Of a DNA stretch of 24,044 bases, positions 1 through 8,420 are shown in pieces (the stretch's first letter is position 1; each line of letters starts with the position of its first letter). The notes beneath the pieces were generated by a model. The model searched no databases, was not told the DNA's origin, and saw nothing but the letters and a program-made list of their open reading frames with translations. The position numbers were made by a program, and so were the translations under genes. This stretch comes from Candidatus Woesearchaeota archaeon (GTDB lineage: Archaea > Nanobdellota > Nanobdellia > Woesearchaeales > GW2011-AR4), in assembly GCA_016181305.1 (NCBI GenBank), contig JACOZN010000020.1, positions 1 to 24,044 on the forward strand. Direction: 5' to 3'.

Positions 1-1
1 A

Positions 2-1552
2 AACCTCAAATGCACTTCATGCCAGCTCGACACAACATCATGCATAGAAGCCCCAAAATGCGGCAATAATCTCATAGACAAGGGAGAAAGCTGCGACGGC
101 ACAAACCTAGGGCCCTTAAGCGGAAAGTGCGCTGACTACAGCGCCGAATTTAACTCAGGCTCAATGAAATGCGCAGACTGCAAGCTCGACACTTCAGGAT
201 GCGCAAAGGCCCAGGCATGCGGCAACAACAAGCTCGATACAGGAGAGCTTTGCGACGGCACAAACTTCGGCAACATTACAGATTTAAGCTGCAGCAAGTT
301 CAGCCCAAATTTCATTAACGGGACTTTGGCATGCAAGTCCTGCAGGGTAAAGACTGACGACTGCAGGACAAACTCCACGCTGCCGCCGCTGATTACCTGC
401 AGGGACAGGGGTGACTGCAAGCTAAACGAGCCTTGCAGCGACAATTCAGACTGCGAAGGCAGGTTCTGCTCCGTAGGGAAGTGCGTGCAGGCAGGCTGCA
501 GCGACGGCACCAAAAATCAAGGCGAAACTGACATCGACTGCGGAGGGCCGTGCGGCAAGTGCCCGAATGGAAGGGCATGCAACACAGAAAACGACTGCCA
601 GAGCAACTCCTGCAGCTTCGGGTTCTGCAGGCAGCAGGAAAGCTGCTTCAACGGCAAGCTCAACCCAGGTGAAACTGACATCGACTGCGGAGGGCCATGC
701 CCGTCAAAATGCCCTGAAGGAAGAAACTGCAACCTGGACAGAGACTGCGAGCAGAGCATGAAGTGCATTTCATCGTCATGCAAAAGCTGCGGGGCGAATG
801 ACAACAACTGCAACGGGATTCCTGACGACGAGGAGCTAAGCGGCATCAAGGACACGGACAAAGACGGCCTGCCTGACGATTGGGAAATAGAGAACGGGCT
901 TAACCCGAATGACCCAAGCGATGCCGATATAGACTCTGACAACGACGGCCTGACAAATCGCGAAGAATTTGATGTGAAGAATACATACACAAGAAGCACA
1001 GACCCAAACAAAGATGACACGGACGAAGACGGCTTCAAAGACAAAGACGAACTTGACAAGGGCACAAGCCCTGTTGACCCAGAAGACTTCCCGAAATCAG
1101 GCACGGCAAAGATCATCATGTTCTCTTTGGGCATATTAGTGCTGCTTTCAGGCATAGGGTATCTTGCTTACCAATTAAAAATGAGGAAAGAGGAGAAGCA
1201 CGAGCTGCTGAAGCACAAAGAATCTCCAAGGCCGGCACCGCAGCCGCAGATGAGGCAAGCGCCGCAACAGAGGAAAGCAGAGGACGCGAGGCTGGAAGCC
1301 TTGAAAAGAAGAGAAGAGCTGAAGGAAAGGGAAAGGGAAAAGCTGTTCGAGGCTTTTGGCAGGGAGAAAGAGCCGGAGAGCGCCAAAGCCGAAAAACAAG
1401 AAGCACCTAAGGCAAAGAAGCCAATAGCGGAGAAAGCTGAGAGGAGTAAAAAACGGCCGAGAAAGCCAAAAGAAGATGTTTTTGTCAGGCTCAAGGAGAT
1501 TGCAAAAGAGGCAAAAAAGAAGAAATCAAAGCGCAAAAATGCCAAAAAATGA
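2..1552 (+). CDS. Cys-rich, TSP3-repeat, C-terminally membrane-anchored surface protein (5'-truncated by the window)
   Basis: Frame +2 is open from base 2 (NLKCTSCQLDTTSCIEAPKCGNNLIDKGESCDGTNL...), so the ATG at 164 is internal. It contains ~54-aa CGNN-x-D-x-GE-x-CDGTN repeats, two GETDIDCGGPC repeats, acidic DxDxDG TSP3-like repeats (851-1087), a TM helix (IIMFSLGILVLLSGIGYLAY) and a Lys/Glu-rich tail. The TGA stop overlaps the next ATG. Confidence 0.85.
   Translation, partial: NLKCTSCQLDTTSCIEAPKCGNNLIDKGESCDGTNLGPLSGKCADYSAEFNSGSMKCADCKLDTSGCAKAQACGNNKLDTGELCDGTNFGNITDLSCSKFSPNFINGTLACKSCRVKTDDCRTNSTLPPLITCRDRGDCKLNEPCSDNSDCEGRFCSVGKCVQAGCSDGTKNQGETDIDCGGPCGKCPNGRACNTENDCQSNSCSFGFCRQQESCFNGKLNPGETDIDCGGPCPSKCPEGRNCNLDRDCEQSMKCISSSCKSCGANDNNCNGIPDDEELSGIKDTDKDGLPDDWEIENGLNPNDPSDADIDSDNDGLTNREEFDVKNTYTRSTDPNKDDTDEDGFKDKDELDKGTSPVDPEDFPKSGTAKIIMFSLGILVLLSGIGYLAYQLKMRKEEKHELLKHKESPRPAPQPQMRQAPQQRKAEDARLEALKRREELKEREREKLFEAFGREKEPESAKAEKQEAPKAKKPIAEKAERSKKRPRKPKEDVFVRLKEIAKEAKKKKSKRKNAKK
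524..696 (+). repeat. Intragenic 26-nt perfect direct repeat (GAAACTGACATCGACTGCGGAGGGCC), 2 copies
   Basis: Identical copies at 524-549 and 671-696, 147 nt (49 codons) apart, encoding ETDIDCGGP. Confidence 0.9.
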
Positions 1553-2028
1553 AAAGTGCACAGATTTACGGCCAGATATTCATCTACGTGTTAACCATAA
1601 TATTAATATCTTTTATTCTGGTTTACGGATATAATGCAGTCCGGAATTTTAGGGAAAGGGCTGAGCAGGTGGCATGCCTCAAGCTGAAAAGCGAGCTGAG
1701 CAACTCAGTTGAGAGCATATCGGGGGATTTTGGAAGCATAAGAAAAAAAGACATCCAGATGTGCAGGGGATACACCCAGATATGCCTTGTGGAGACATTC
1801 GAGACGCCGAAGCTGCCCGGCAGGATTGACCCAATTATAAAGGACAGCATATTGTCAGGCACCGGGAGAAATGCCTTCCTGGCGGATAAAATAGCAAAGG
1901 AGTCATTTTATGCAGGAAAAATATCAGTTGAGCCTGATGTGCTGTGCATAAAATCAGTCAACAACAAAGTCAGCCTGAGGCTGGAAGGCAAAGGCAACCA
2001 TGCAGTAATCAGCGAATGGGCAGGCTAA
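1549..2028 (+). CDS. Class III signal peptide (prepilin-like) protein
   Basis: MKSA|QIYGQIFIYVLTIILISFILVYGY: basic residue, small residue, Q, then a hydrophobic helix. ATGA overlap with the upstream gene. Confidence 0.8.
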   Translation: MKSAQIYGQIFIYVLTIILISFILVYGYNAVRNFRERAEQVACLKLKSELSNSVESISGDFGSIRKKDIQMCRGYTQICLVETFETPKLPGRIDPIIKDSILSGTGRNAFLADKIAKESFYAGKISVEPDVLCIKSVNNKVSLRLEGKGNHAVISEWAG

Positions 2029-2060
2029 TTTATTAAACATCGGATATAGGTTCTGCGATA

Positions 2061-3053
2061 ATGGACAAAAAGGCATTCGAAATACAGTTTAACTGGATTT
2101 TTGTGCTGGTGGCAGGGGCCGCAATACTGCTTTTTTTTTCAGTCATAGTAATCAAGCAGAAGGCTGTGTCAGAAACCTCGACAAAAGCCACTGTGCTTAA
2201 AAGCTTCGAGGCGATAATAACAGGAACAAGCGTAAGCACAGACACAACAAGCATAATAGACATACCAAACTCTGATATAGAAGTGAGCTGCGGCAGGATA
2301 TCCCTCGGAAGCGTATCAAACCAGTACCAAAACCTCGTGTTGTTTTCCCCGGCATTAATCAAGGGAAACCGGCTCATAACACATACATTAGCCTTCAGCA
2401 CCCCATACAGGGCGACAAATCTCCTTTACATAACAAGCCCGAACCTCAGGTACATCATCATAGGAGACAGCAATCTTGCAAGGGAAATAAACAGCTCGCT
2501 GCCATCAAGGCTCAAGAAGGAATTTTACAATGATGCGACTCAAGTCAAAAACCAGAACAACTACAAGGTTAAATTTGCAGTTTTTGGCGACATGATAGAT
2601 TTTCCGAAATCGCTTGAGGCAATGCCTGATTCGGATGTCGAAGCAGCCAGGTTTACAGGCGACAGCTGGAGCGGCACCGTGGATTTCTATGCCAAGGAAA
2701 AGTTTTCATGGCGGCACAGGGGCAGCTCAGCTTACATAGGGAAAGCATCGCTGATAGGGGCAGTTTACTCTGGGAAAGAGATGTATGACTGCAACATGGA
2801 AAACGTCTTTTTCAGGCTTAATCTTGTGACAAAAGTCTACATAGACAAGGCAAAAAAGCTTGCCCAGGACGCAGCGTCAAAAAAACAATTTCAGTGCAGC
2901 CAGATCTACAGCAGCTCCCTGAACCACCTCAGCAGCATTGGCTCTGCCTCCAAATTCATAAATGAGAATGTCGTTGCCGTGGCAAGCGCTGCAAAATCGC
3001 TGGCGGAGGAAAGCCAGAATGCCCAGGTATACTCCTGCCCGCTTATTTACTGA
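2061..3053 (+). CDS. Class III signal peptide (prepilin-like) protein, 330 aa
   Basis: MDKKA|FEIQFNWIFVLVAGAAILLFF. TATA-like TTTATTAAA at 2029-2037. Confidence 0.8.
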   Translation: MDKKAFEIQFNWIFVLVAGAAILLFFSVIVIKQKAVSETSTKATVLKSFEAIITGTSVSTDTTSIIDIPNSDIEVSCGRISLGSVSNQYQNLVLFSPALIKGNRLITHTLAFSTPYRATNLLYITSPNLRYIIIGDSNLAREINSSLPSRLKKEFYNDATQVKNQNNYKVKFAVFGDMIDFPKSLEAMPDSDVEAARFTGDSWSGTVDFYAKEKFSWRHRGSSAYIGKASLIGAVYSGKEMYDCNMENVFFRLNLVTKVYIDKAKKLAQDAASKKQFQCSQIYSSSLNHLSSIGSASKFINENVVAVASAAKSLAEESQNAQVYSCPLIY

Positions 3054-3054
3054 C

Positions 3055-3528
3055 ATGAAAAGAGCGCAAATCCAAATGGGAGAGACAATAGCTGTCTTGT
3101 TTGTATTCTTTGTACTGATAACCATAGGGTTTATATTTTATGTGAAGGTGGTGAAGAGCAACATAGAGCAGGAGAAAGACGAGTTCTCCCAGCTCAGGTC
3201 AGTCGGGGTTGCACAAAGAGTCATGTTTCTGCCTGAGCTCCAATGCAGCGAGGACAACATAGTAAAGGACAACTGCATAGACATCCTGAAACTTGATGCT
3301 GCGCAAAGCCTTATGAAGGAAAATGAAGTCTATTACTATGACCTGCTCCAGTTCAGCGACGTGGGCATTTCGCAGATTTATCCGGCAGAGACAAAATGGG
3401 AAATCTACTCGCGAAGCCTGGAAGGATTCAAGAGCAAGTTCGTGACAAACATACCTGTAGCATTGTACAATCCAAGCACCAGAAGATACGGCTTCGGAGT
3501 CTTGGCTATAGAGACATTTTCAAAATGA
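3055..3528 (+). CDS. Class III signal peptide (prepilin-like) protein, 157 aa
   Basis: Start re-called to ATG 3055, 1 nt after the upstream stop: MKRA|QIQMGETIAVLFVFFVLITIGF. Confidence 0.8.
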   Translation: MKRAQIQMGETIAVLFVFFVLITIGFIFYVKVVKSNIEQEKDEFSQLRSVGVAQRVMFLPELQCSEDNIVKDNCIDILKLDAAQSLMKENEVYYYDLLQFSDVGISQIYPAETKWEIYSRSLEGFKSKFVTNIPVALYNPSTRRYGFGVLAIETFSK

Positions 3529-4049
3529 AAAGACAAACGAAATCCAAGAATTTTGTTGCCCCACGAAAATCAGGATTTTCGACGGGAGCGCAGATGGAAA
3601 TACTTGGATTGGCTATTGTGGTGGTTTTGATACTCATGGCCACGATCTACATAGTCTCATTTCTTGTGGTTAGAACCCCGACAGACTACAGAAAGGGCTT
3701 TGTGAGCGCAGAGCTGGCATCAAACATGCTAAACACCTTTCTCAAGGCCGCAGCAAGAGACTGCTCGCAGCTTACAATGACAGAGCTCCTGCAGGACTGC
3801 GCTCAGGGGCAAGGCATTGTATGCAGCAACGGGCAGGACTCGTGCAGGTATGCAGAATCAACGGCAAGGGAAATATTTGAAAAGACTCTTGACAAGTGGA
3901 GCATGAAATACGAGTTTCTGGCTTATACAGACATAAATGCGCCTTTGGTGAAGGCTGGAAAGCAGTGCATAGCAGAGAAAAGGTCAAAACTGTTCCCAAT
4001 CCCGATAAGCTCTGCAACTATGTACGCAAAACTTGACATCTGCGGATAA
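3525..4049 (+). CDS. Prepilin-like protein with an unusually extended leader, 174 aa
   Basis: Start re-called to ATG 3525 (ATGA overlap): MKRQTKSKNFVAPRKSGFSTGA|QMEILGLAIVVVLILMATIYIV. Several Cys in the C-terminal domain. Confidence 0.75.
   Translation: MKRQTKSKNFVAPRKSGFSTGAQMEILGLAIVVVLILMATIYIVSFLVVRTPTDYRKGFVSAELASNMLNTFLKAAARDCSQLTMTELLQDCAQGQGIVCSNGQDSCRYAESTAREIFEKTLDKWSMKYEFLAYTDINAPLVKAGKQCIAEKRSKLFPIPISSATMYAKLDICG
3558..3589. repeat. Short imperfect palindrome inside the prepilin leader coding sequence
   Basis: CGAAAAT (3564-3570), CAGG loop, ATTTTCG (3575-3581) form a perfect 7-bp stem, extended by CCC/GGG pairs outside. Confidence 0.7.
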
Positions 4050-4107
4050 AAACCAAATATTTAAATATAACTTATTTAATAAAAGGGTATTATAAAGAGG
4101 CTTGCAA

Positions 4108-4386
4108 ATGAATAAAAAAGCGCAGAGCATTTCCATCAACACAATCATTGTCGCTGCAATAGCGCTGGCTGTGCTTGTAGTATTGTTTGCAATATTCACA
4201 GGAAGATTGGGCGGATTTACAAAAGGCGTCCAGGAAACAGACACCTGCAGCCAGAAATGCGCCAGCCTGAACCTGCCGAATTCTGCCGATGCAACGCAGT
4301 TTGACTGCACTCAGAAGCCTTCAGGGACTTTCATAGCAGGCAGGTACAGCGATACGCCGACAAACGGGTGCTGCTGCTATAAATAG
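4108..4386 (+). CDS. Small archaeal type IV pilin-like protein (candidate major pilin), 92 aa
   Basis: MNKKA|QSISINTIIVAAIALAVLVVLFAIFTG, with a Cys-rich C-terminus ending CCCYK. SD-like AGAGG at 4096-4100 and AT-rich TATA-like boxes at 4060-4079. Confidence 0.85.
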   Translation: MNKKAQSISINTIIVAAIALAVLVVLFAIFTGRLGGFTKGVQETDTCSQKCASLNLPNSADATQFDCTQKPSGTFIAGRYSDTPTNGCCCYK

Positions 4387-4395
4387 ATAAAAACG

Positions 4396-4403
4396 TTTAT
4401 ATA
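4396..4403 (+). promoter_or_regulatory. TATA box TTTATATA (probable leaderless transcript)
   Basis: Lies 23-30 nt upstream of ATG 4426. Confidence 0.6.
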
Positions 4404-4425
4404 CTTCTGTTTTAATTAAGCCAAC

Positions 4426-4695
4426 ATGCACAAAAAATCACAGAGTTTGTCCATCAACACAATCATTATAGCTGCCATTGGTTTAGCGGTACTTGTAGTA
4501 TTGTTTTTGGTGTTCACAGGCAGGTTTAAGATTTTCAGCGAGGGGATAGAAAAAACCGGATTAAGTTGCAAGGAGAGCTGTAAACTAGCTAAGTATTCAG
4601 ATGGCAATCCTGGAACAAGTTGCGACAACAAAATAGGTGGCAGTTTTAGCGATGTAGATCCCAAAAAGAATGAGGTTTGTTGTTGTGTACCGTAG
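4426..4695 (+). CDS. Small archaeal type IV pilin-like protein, paralog of 4108-4386, 89 aa
   Basis: MHKKS|QSLSINTIIIAAIGLAVLVVLFLVFTG, ending CCCVP. Shares exact DNA blocks with the upstream paralog (TCCATCAACACAATCATT at 4132 and 4450). Confidence 0.85.
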   Translation: MHKKSQSLSINTIIIAAIGLAVLVVLFLVFTGRFKIFSEGIEKTGLSCKESCKLAKYSDGNPGTSCDNKIGGSFSDVDPKKNEVCCCVP

Positions 4696-4714
4696 ACAAA
4701 CAGCAACCCAAATA

Positions 4715-4722
4715 TTTATATA
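4715..4722 (+). promoter_or_regulatory. TATA box TTTATATA
   Basis: Lies 23-30 nt upstream of GTG 4745, the same spacing as the 4396 box. Confidence 0.55.
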
Positions 4723-4744
4723 TCTGGTTCTTAAGAGTTTATTT

Positions 4745-4888
4745 GTGGTTAAAAAGCGATTTAACAAAAGGGGAGAAGAGGAAAGTTCAGAGTTTTCATT
4801 TATTATTACAGTTCTGCTGATTATAATCCTCATAGGTATCTTAATTTATATTATAACAGGGATAAAAAATGCATTTACGCCGAAATAA
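4745..4888 (+). CDS. 47-aa micro-pilin-like peptide
   Basis: GTG start: MVKKRFNKRG|EEESSEFSFIITVLLIIILIGILIYIITGIKNAFTPK, essentially a class III leader plus one hydrophobic helix. The TATA spacing supports this start. Confidence 0.65.
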   Translation: MVKKRFNKRGEEESSEFSFIITVLLIIILIGILIYIITGIKNAFTPK

Positions 4889-6038
4889 AAAGTCTTTGAC
4901 TGAATCTAAAATTGTAGGAATCATTCTTATGACTGCGGCATTTTTTCTTATTATTTCAATCTGGGATTCATTGAAGGGCAATTTGGAGGCAAAAACAACA
5001 GAACAGATATGCAAACTTAGCGTGGTTGCAAGGGAAAAATCTTACACAGAATTTTATGATCCAGTAAGCGGCAAATTAAAAATCGGAAGTGCCGCATCGC
5101 CATTAGCTTGCAGGACAACTGACAAATATATTCCAGAAGACAAAGATGCAACAAAAGAAGATATTCAAAAGGAGATGGCAGGGCTTATGGCTAAATGCTG
5201 GAACCAATTTGGTGAAGGATTAATACAAGATGTTTTTAAGCAAGGCGACTTTGTCACAAAAAATTGTTTTGTATGCTATACTTTAAGCATGAGAGAAACT
5301 TCAAAGTTCAAAGGTGAGATAAAAGCTGACGATTTGCAACAGTATATGTTTGATACTCCTTATAAGGTACCTCCTAAAGCTGACTTTTGTAAAGTGAATG
5401 GTGGTGTTTGCATAAACTCTGAGAATCTGGACGATTGCAAAGCCCAGATTCAGGCAGATCCAAGCTACGTATTGATTGATAAAAAGAGTGACGCGTGCAA
5501 AAAAGACGGCAAAAAGGCTTGCTGCTACACAGAATACGGATGCTGGAACCAAGGCGGAAAATGCAGCGGCTCAAATCCCGACATGAATGAGTATGCAGAA
5601 TACAATAGCAATGGCTGGGAATGCCCCCCTAAACTAAAATGTTATACCAAAAAAGAAGATTACTATTCCTATGGTGATTACATACAAAGGTTTGGAGGGT
5701 CTGGAAATGCACTCATATTGGCAGACATAATGCCAGGAGAGACTTATGCAATAAGCTTTGGCAGTCCAACAGGACAATGCGGTTGGTGCACAACGCTTGG
5801 ACTAGCTGCAGGTACAGCTGTCGGCGTGGTTGCAGGAATATACACAGGTGGCTTGGGATGGGCTGTTTTATTTGGTGGAGGAGCATACACTATTACAAAA
5901 GGAGGCTCTGAGAAAATTGTTGTTGAGAACATAGGAAAATTTTTTGAAAGAGATCTAAACACAGTCTATCTAACAACTCTAAACCAAATACAGTCAGGGA
6001 ATTACTGCAGTATTGTCAAGGATATAAGGGAAACATAA
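4869..6038 (+). CDS. Large Cys-rich prepilin-like protein with a Gly-rich hydrophobic segment, 389 aa
   Basis: MHLRRNKKS|LTESKIVGIILMTAAFFLIISIW. Two C-x3-GG-x-C motifs (CKVNGGVC, CWNQGGKC). Segment TTLGLAAGTAVGVVAGIYTGGLGWAVLFGGGAY at 5790-5888. Confidence 0.8.
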   Translation: MHLRRNKKSLTESKIVGIILMTAAFFLIISIWDSLKGNLEAKTTEQICKLSVVAREKSYTEFYDPVSGKLKIGSAASPLACRTTDKYIPEDKDATKEDIQKEMAGLMAKCWNQFGEGLIQDVFKQGDFVTKNCFVCYTLSMRETSKFKGEIKADDLQQYMFDTPYKVPPKADFCKVNGGVCINSENLDDCKAQIQADPSYVLIDKKSDACKKDGKKACCYTEYGCWNQGGKCSGSNPDMNEYAEYNSNGWECPPKLKCYTKKEDYYSYGDYIQRFGGSGNALILADIMPGETYAISFGSPTGQCGWCTTLGLAAGTAVGVVAGIYTGGLGWAVLFGGGAYTITKGGSEKIVVENIGKFFERDLNTVYLTTLNQIQSGNYCSIVKDIRET

Positions 6039-6039
6039 A

Positions 6040-6207
6040 ATGGGAATAATGAAAAACAAGAAAGCAGGAGTAGGAGAAGCCACTGGCGTAACAGCAGGAA
6101 GAATTATTATGTGGATTCTTCTGGGTGCACTTTTAATATGGGCGCTTTTTTGGTATAGTAACTTTGGAACATATCTAATTAAACTAGGAAAATCATATTT
6201 AAAATGA
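6040..6207 (+). CDS. 55-aa micro-pilin-like peptide (not in the ORF track)
   Basis: Translated by hand: MGIMKNKKA|GVGEATGVTAGRIIMWILLGALLIWALFWYSNFGTYLIKLGKSYLK*. It fills the 6039-6203 gap exactly, starts 1 nt after the previous stop, and its TGA overlaps ATG 6204. Confidence 0.75.
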   Translation: MGIMKNKKAGVGEATGVTAGRIIMWILLGALLIWALFWYSNFGTYLIKLGKSYLK

Positions 6208-7397
6208 CAAAAAGAGGGGCTGTAAGCTCAATTATAACCCTTGCAATACTTCTAATACTCTTGGCTGTGCTTTTTGCAGCATTTTATGAATCACTGCTGC
6301 CAAGCGTTGCGAATGCAGCAGAGCGCTTTGCAGACAAAACTTTAAGCAGGTTTAAAAGGGAAAAATTCCAGAATGTTGAAATAGTGGCAGATAAATCTGT
6401 TGACGAAACATATGAAAACATATTGAGTGTTTTAAGAACAACCAATAAAGGCCCTTGCATAACAACCCGTAAGGCTTTTCCAAGGGACTTCAAAGATTTT
6501 AAAATTACCCTATCCCAAACGGAACAGGGAATTTTTGTCATACTAAAAAATAAACAGGAACGCGTTATCAAAAGCAATACAATAAGCGGCAAAATACCTT
6601 GTGTTGTTGGTGAGGGAGAAGCTGCCAAGAATTTTTATAATAATTTTTTAAAAGTTTCGCGCTGCACATCCAACTGCTTAGGCGATTACAGCGCAGCAAA
6701 CATAGAATTTAATAGCGCAGACTCCATCATAGTGAATGGGCAAAAAAGAAACCTTGATGATGGCAATCTAGTTTATGTAACAGAAAATGGGAATGTCTGC
6801 TTTTTTCCTACCCATAATAGCGGAGTGTCTATAATAAGGCCATGGGAAATATATACAAAATATGGTTGTGACGCGGAAACAGGAAGTTTAGATGACGATT
6901 GCATTGAGCAGGTAAAAAGAAAAATACCTCAATGCAAGAATGAAGAATGGGAAAAAATACTTGAAGATTACAACAAAAATAAGTGTAAAGTTGACAAATA
7001 CACTTGCAAGGTTGAGAGTCTTGGCTGCCAGTGCTTCTCGGCAGGACTTCTCCAAAGCCAGCAGAAGCCTGAAATATGTGATGAGACAAAACCATTTTGC
7101 TATGATGGTGAGTATGGCTGCAATGACAAAGGTCCGGATTTGAAAGGCTATTCAGAAGTCTGCAAAAAAACCAATAAAAATTTCGAATTAGCCCAAAAAT
7201 GCCAAGTAGATGAAAACTGCCTAGTCAAAAATGCCCCGTGCAGTTGTCATGACGCAGATACCAAATTAAGAGGAAAATTGCCTTATGTATGCCTTGAGGG
7301 AAATTATTGCTACAATGAGCAGATAGGTTGTAAAAAAGACATTGACCCCAGTCAACCTTTATATGTTGATTATTGCCAAAAAAGCAATAAGAATTAA
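6204..7397 (+). CDS. Large prepilin-like protein with two C-terminal 8-Cys repeats, 397 aa
   Basis: MTKRG|AVSSIITLAILLILLAVLFAAFY. Tandem Cys modules start at 6984 and 7200. Confidence 0.8.
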   Translation: MTKRGAVSSIITLAILLILLAVLFAAFYESLLPSVANAAERFADKTLSRFKREKFQNVEIVADKSVDETYENILSVLRTTNKGPCITTRKAFPRDFKDFKITLSQTEQGIFVILKNKQERVIKSNTISGKIPCVVGEGEAAKNFYNNFLKVSRCTSNCLGDYSAANIEFNSADSIIVNGQKRNLDDGNLVYVTENGNVCFFPTHNSGVSIIRPWEIYTKYGCDAETGSLDDDCIEQVKRKIPQCKNEEWEKILEDYNKNKCKVDKYTCKVESLGCQCFSAGLLQSQQKPEICDETKPFCYDGEYGCNDKGPDLKGYSEVCKKTNKNFELAQKCQVDENCLVKNAPCSCHDADTKLRGKLPYVCLEGNYCYNEQIGCKKDIDPSQPLYVDYCQKSNKN

Positions 7398-7420
7398 TAT
7401 AATTATTGAGAGGTATTAAA

Positions 7421-7729
7421 ATGAAAAACAAAAAATCATTGGCATTGCCAACAGAGTTAATTATCACCTTTGTTATTTTAGGGCTAGTGCTTCTCGTGAT
7501 AGTAGGTGGGGGTATAAGGGGTATTCTTCTTCCACAACTTGCCAAAGCAGGCGAAAAATCAGAATATGCAACGCAGGATTGTGATGAAGATGATGTTGTA
7601 GGAGTAAGTGATCCTTGCCCTTGCGTAAATGCAGTCAAACAAAAGTCTGAAAAAGGGCAAACCTGCCCACCTCCAGATAATAAAGCAACAACAAACTGCC
7701 CAGCCTTGTGCAAAAGCAAACAAAAATGA
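7421..7729 (+). CDS. Small prepilin-like protein with a TSP3-like motif, 102 aa
   Basis: Start re-called to ATG 7421 (SD GAGAGGT at 7408-7414): MKNKKS|LALPTELIITFVILGLVLLVIVGGG, followed by QDCDEDDVVGVSDPCPC. Confidence 0.75.
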   Translation: MKNKKSLALPTELIITFVILGLVLLVIVGGGIRGILLPQLAKAGEKSEYATQDCDEDDVVGVSDPCPCVNAVKQKSEKGQTCPPPDNKATTNCPALCKSKQK

Positions 7730-8376
7730 AAAAGGCAGACATAGTGCTTGGCATCTTATTCTGGACAATAGTCGGATTGATGATTTTCGTGCCAACTGCG
7801 CTATTTGCCAGCAAATTATTTAATTTAAGCAGCAAAGGGCTTGAATCTTCCAACAAGCTTGCAGAGATAATTGCATCGCTCAAGGATGGGGATCAGTTAA
7901 GCAGCCCGGTTTACATGGAGCAAAAATCATTTATTGTAGGATTTGCAAAAAACAGCAATAGGTTTGAAAATCATAGGTTCAGATATTCAGGGGTACAGCC
8001 TACAGATGTTGTGGTAGTTTTTGACAAGCCTGAGAAATGTGCAGGCAAATCATGCTTATGCTTTTGCAATACCATGGATTTAAACCAAAAGCAACAGCCA
8101 ATTTTAATATTATGCAATAAAGAGCCAATATGCACACCTTTTAACAACATTGATTTTCTGCCTGAGAAAATAATCAGAAAAGATGAAAACGGAAAGACAA
8201 GAGTTCTTTTCAAAGGCGGGTTTATGTTTATCAGGGGTTTTGAGATTGAGGCGCTCAACCCAAGCCAGGCTGCAACCCTTACAGCATATGTTGAAAGATA
8301 CAAAGATATAGTTGATGTTTGCGCAGAGCGCCCATGCATCACAAGCGAGATAAAACAGAGAATAGACTCAGGATAA
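7726..8376 (+). CDS. Prepilin-like protein, 216 aa
   Basis: Start re-called to ATG 7726 (ATGA overlap): MKKA|DIVLGILFWTIVGLMIFVP. Confidence 0.75.
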   Translation: MKKADIVLGILFWTIVGLMIFVPTALFASKLFNLSSKGLESSNKLAEIIASLKDGDQLSSPVYMEQKSFIVGFAKNSNRFENHRFRYSGVQPTDVVVVFDKPEKCAGKSCLCFCNTMDLNQKQQPILILCNKEPICTPFNNIDFLPEKIIRKDENGKTRVLFKGGFMFIRGFEIEALNPSQAATLTAYVERYKDIVDVCAERPCITSEIKQRIDSG

Positions 8377-8420
8377 TAATTTCCAAAAGAGATTTAAATC
8401 TATAATATTCTTTATCCAAT

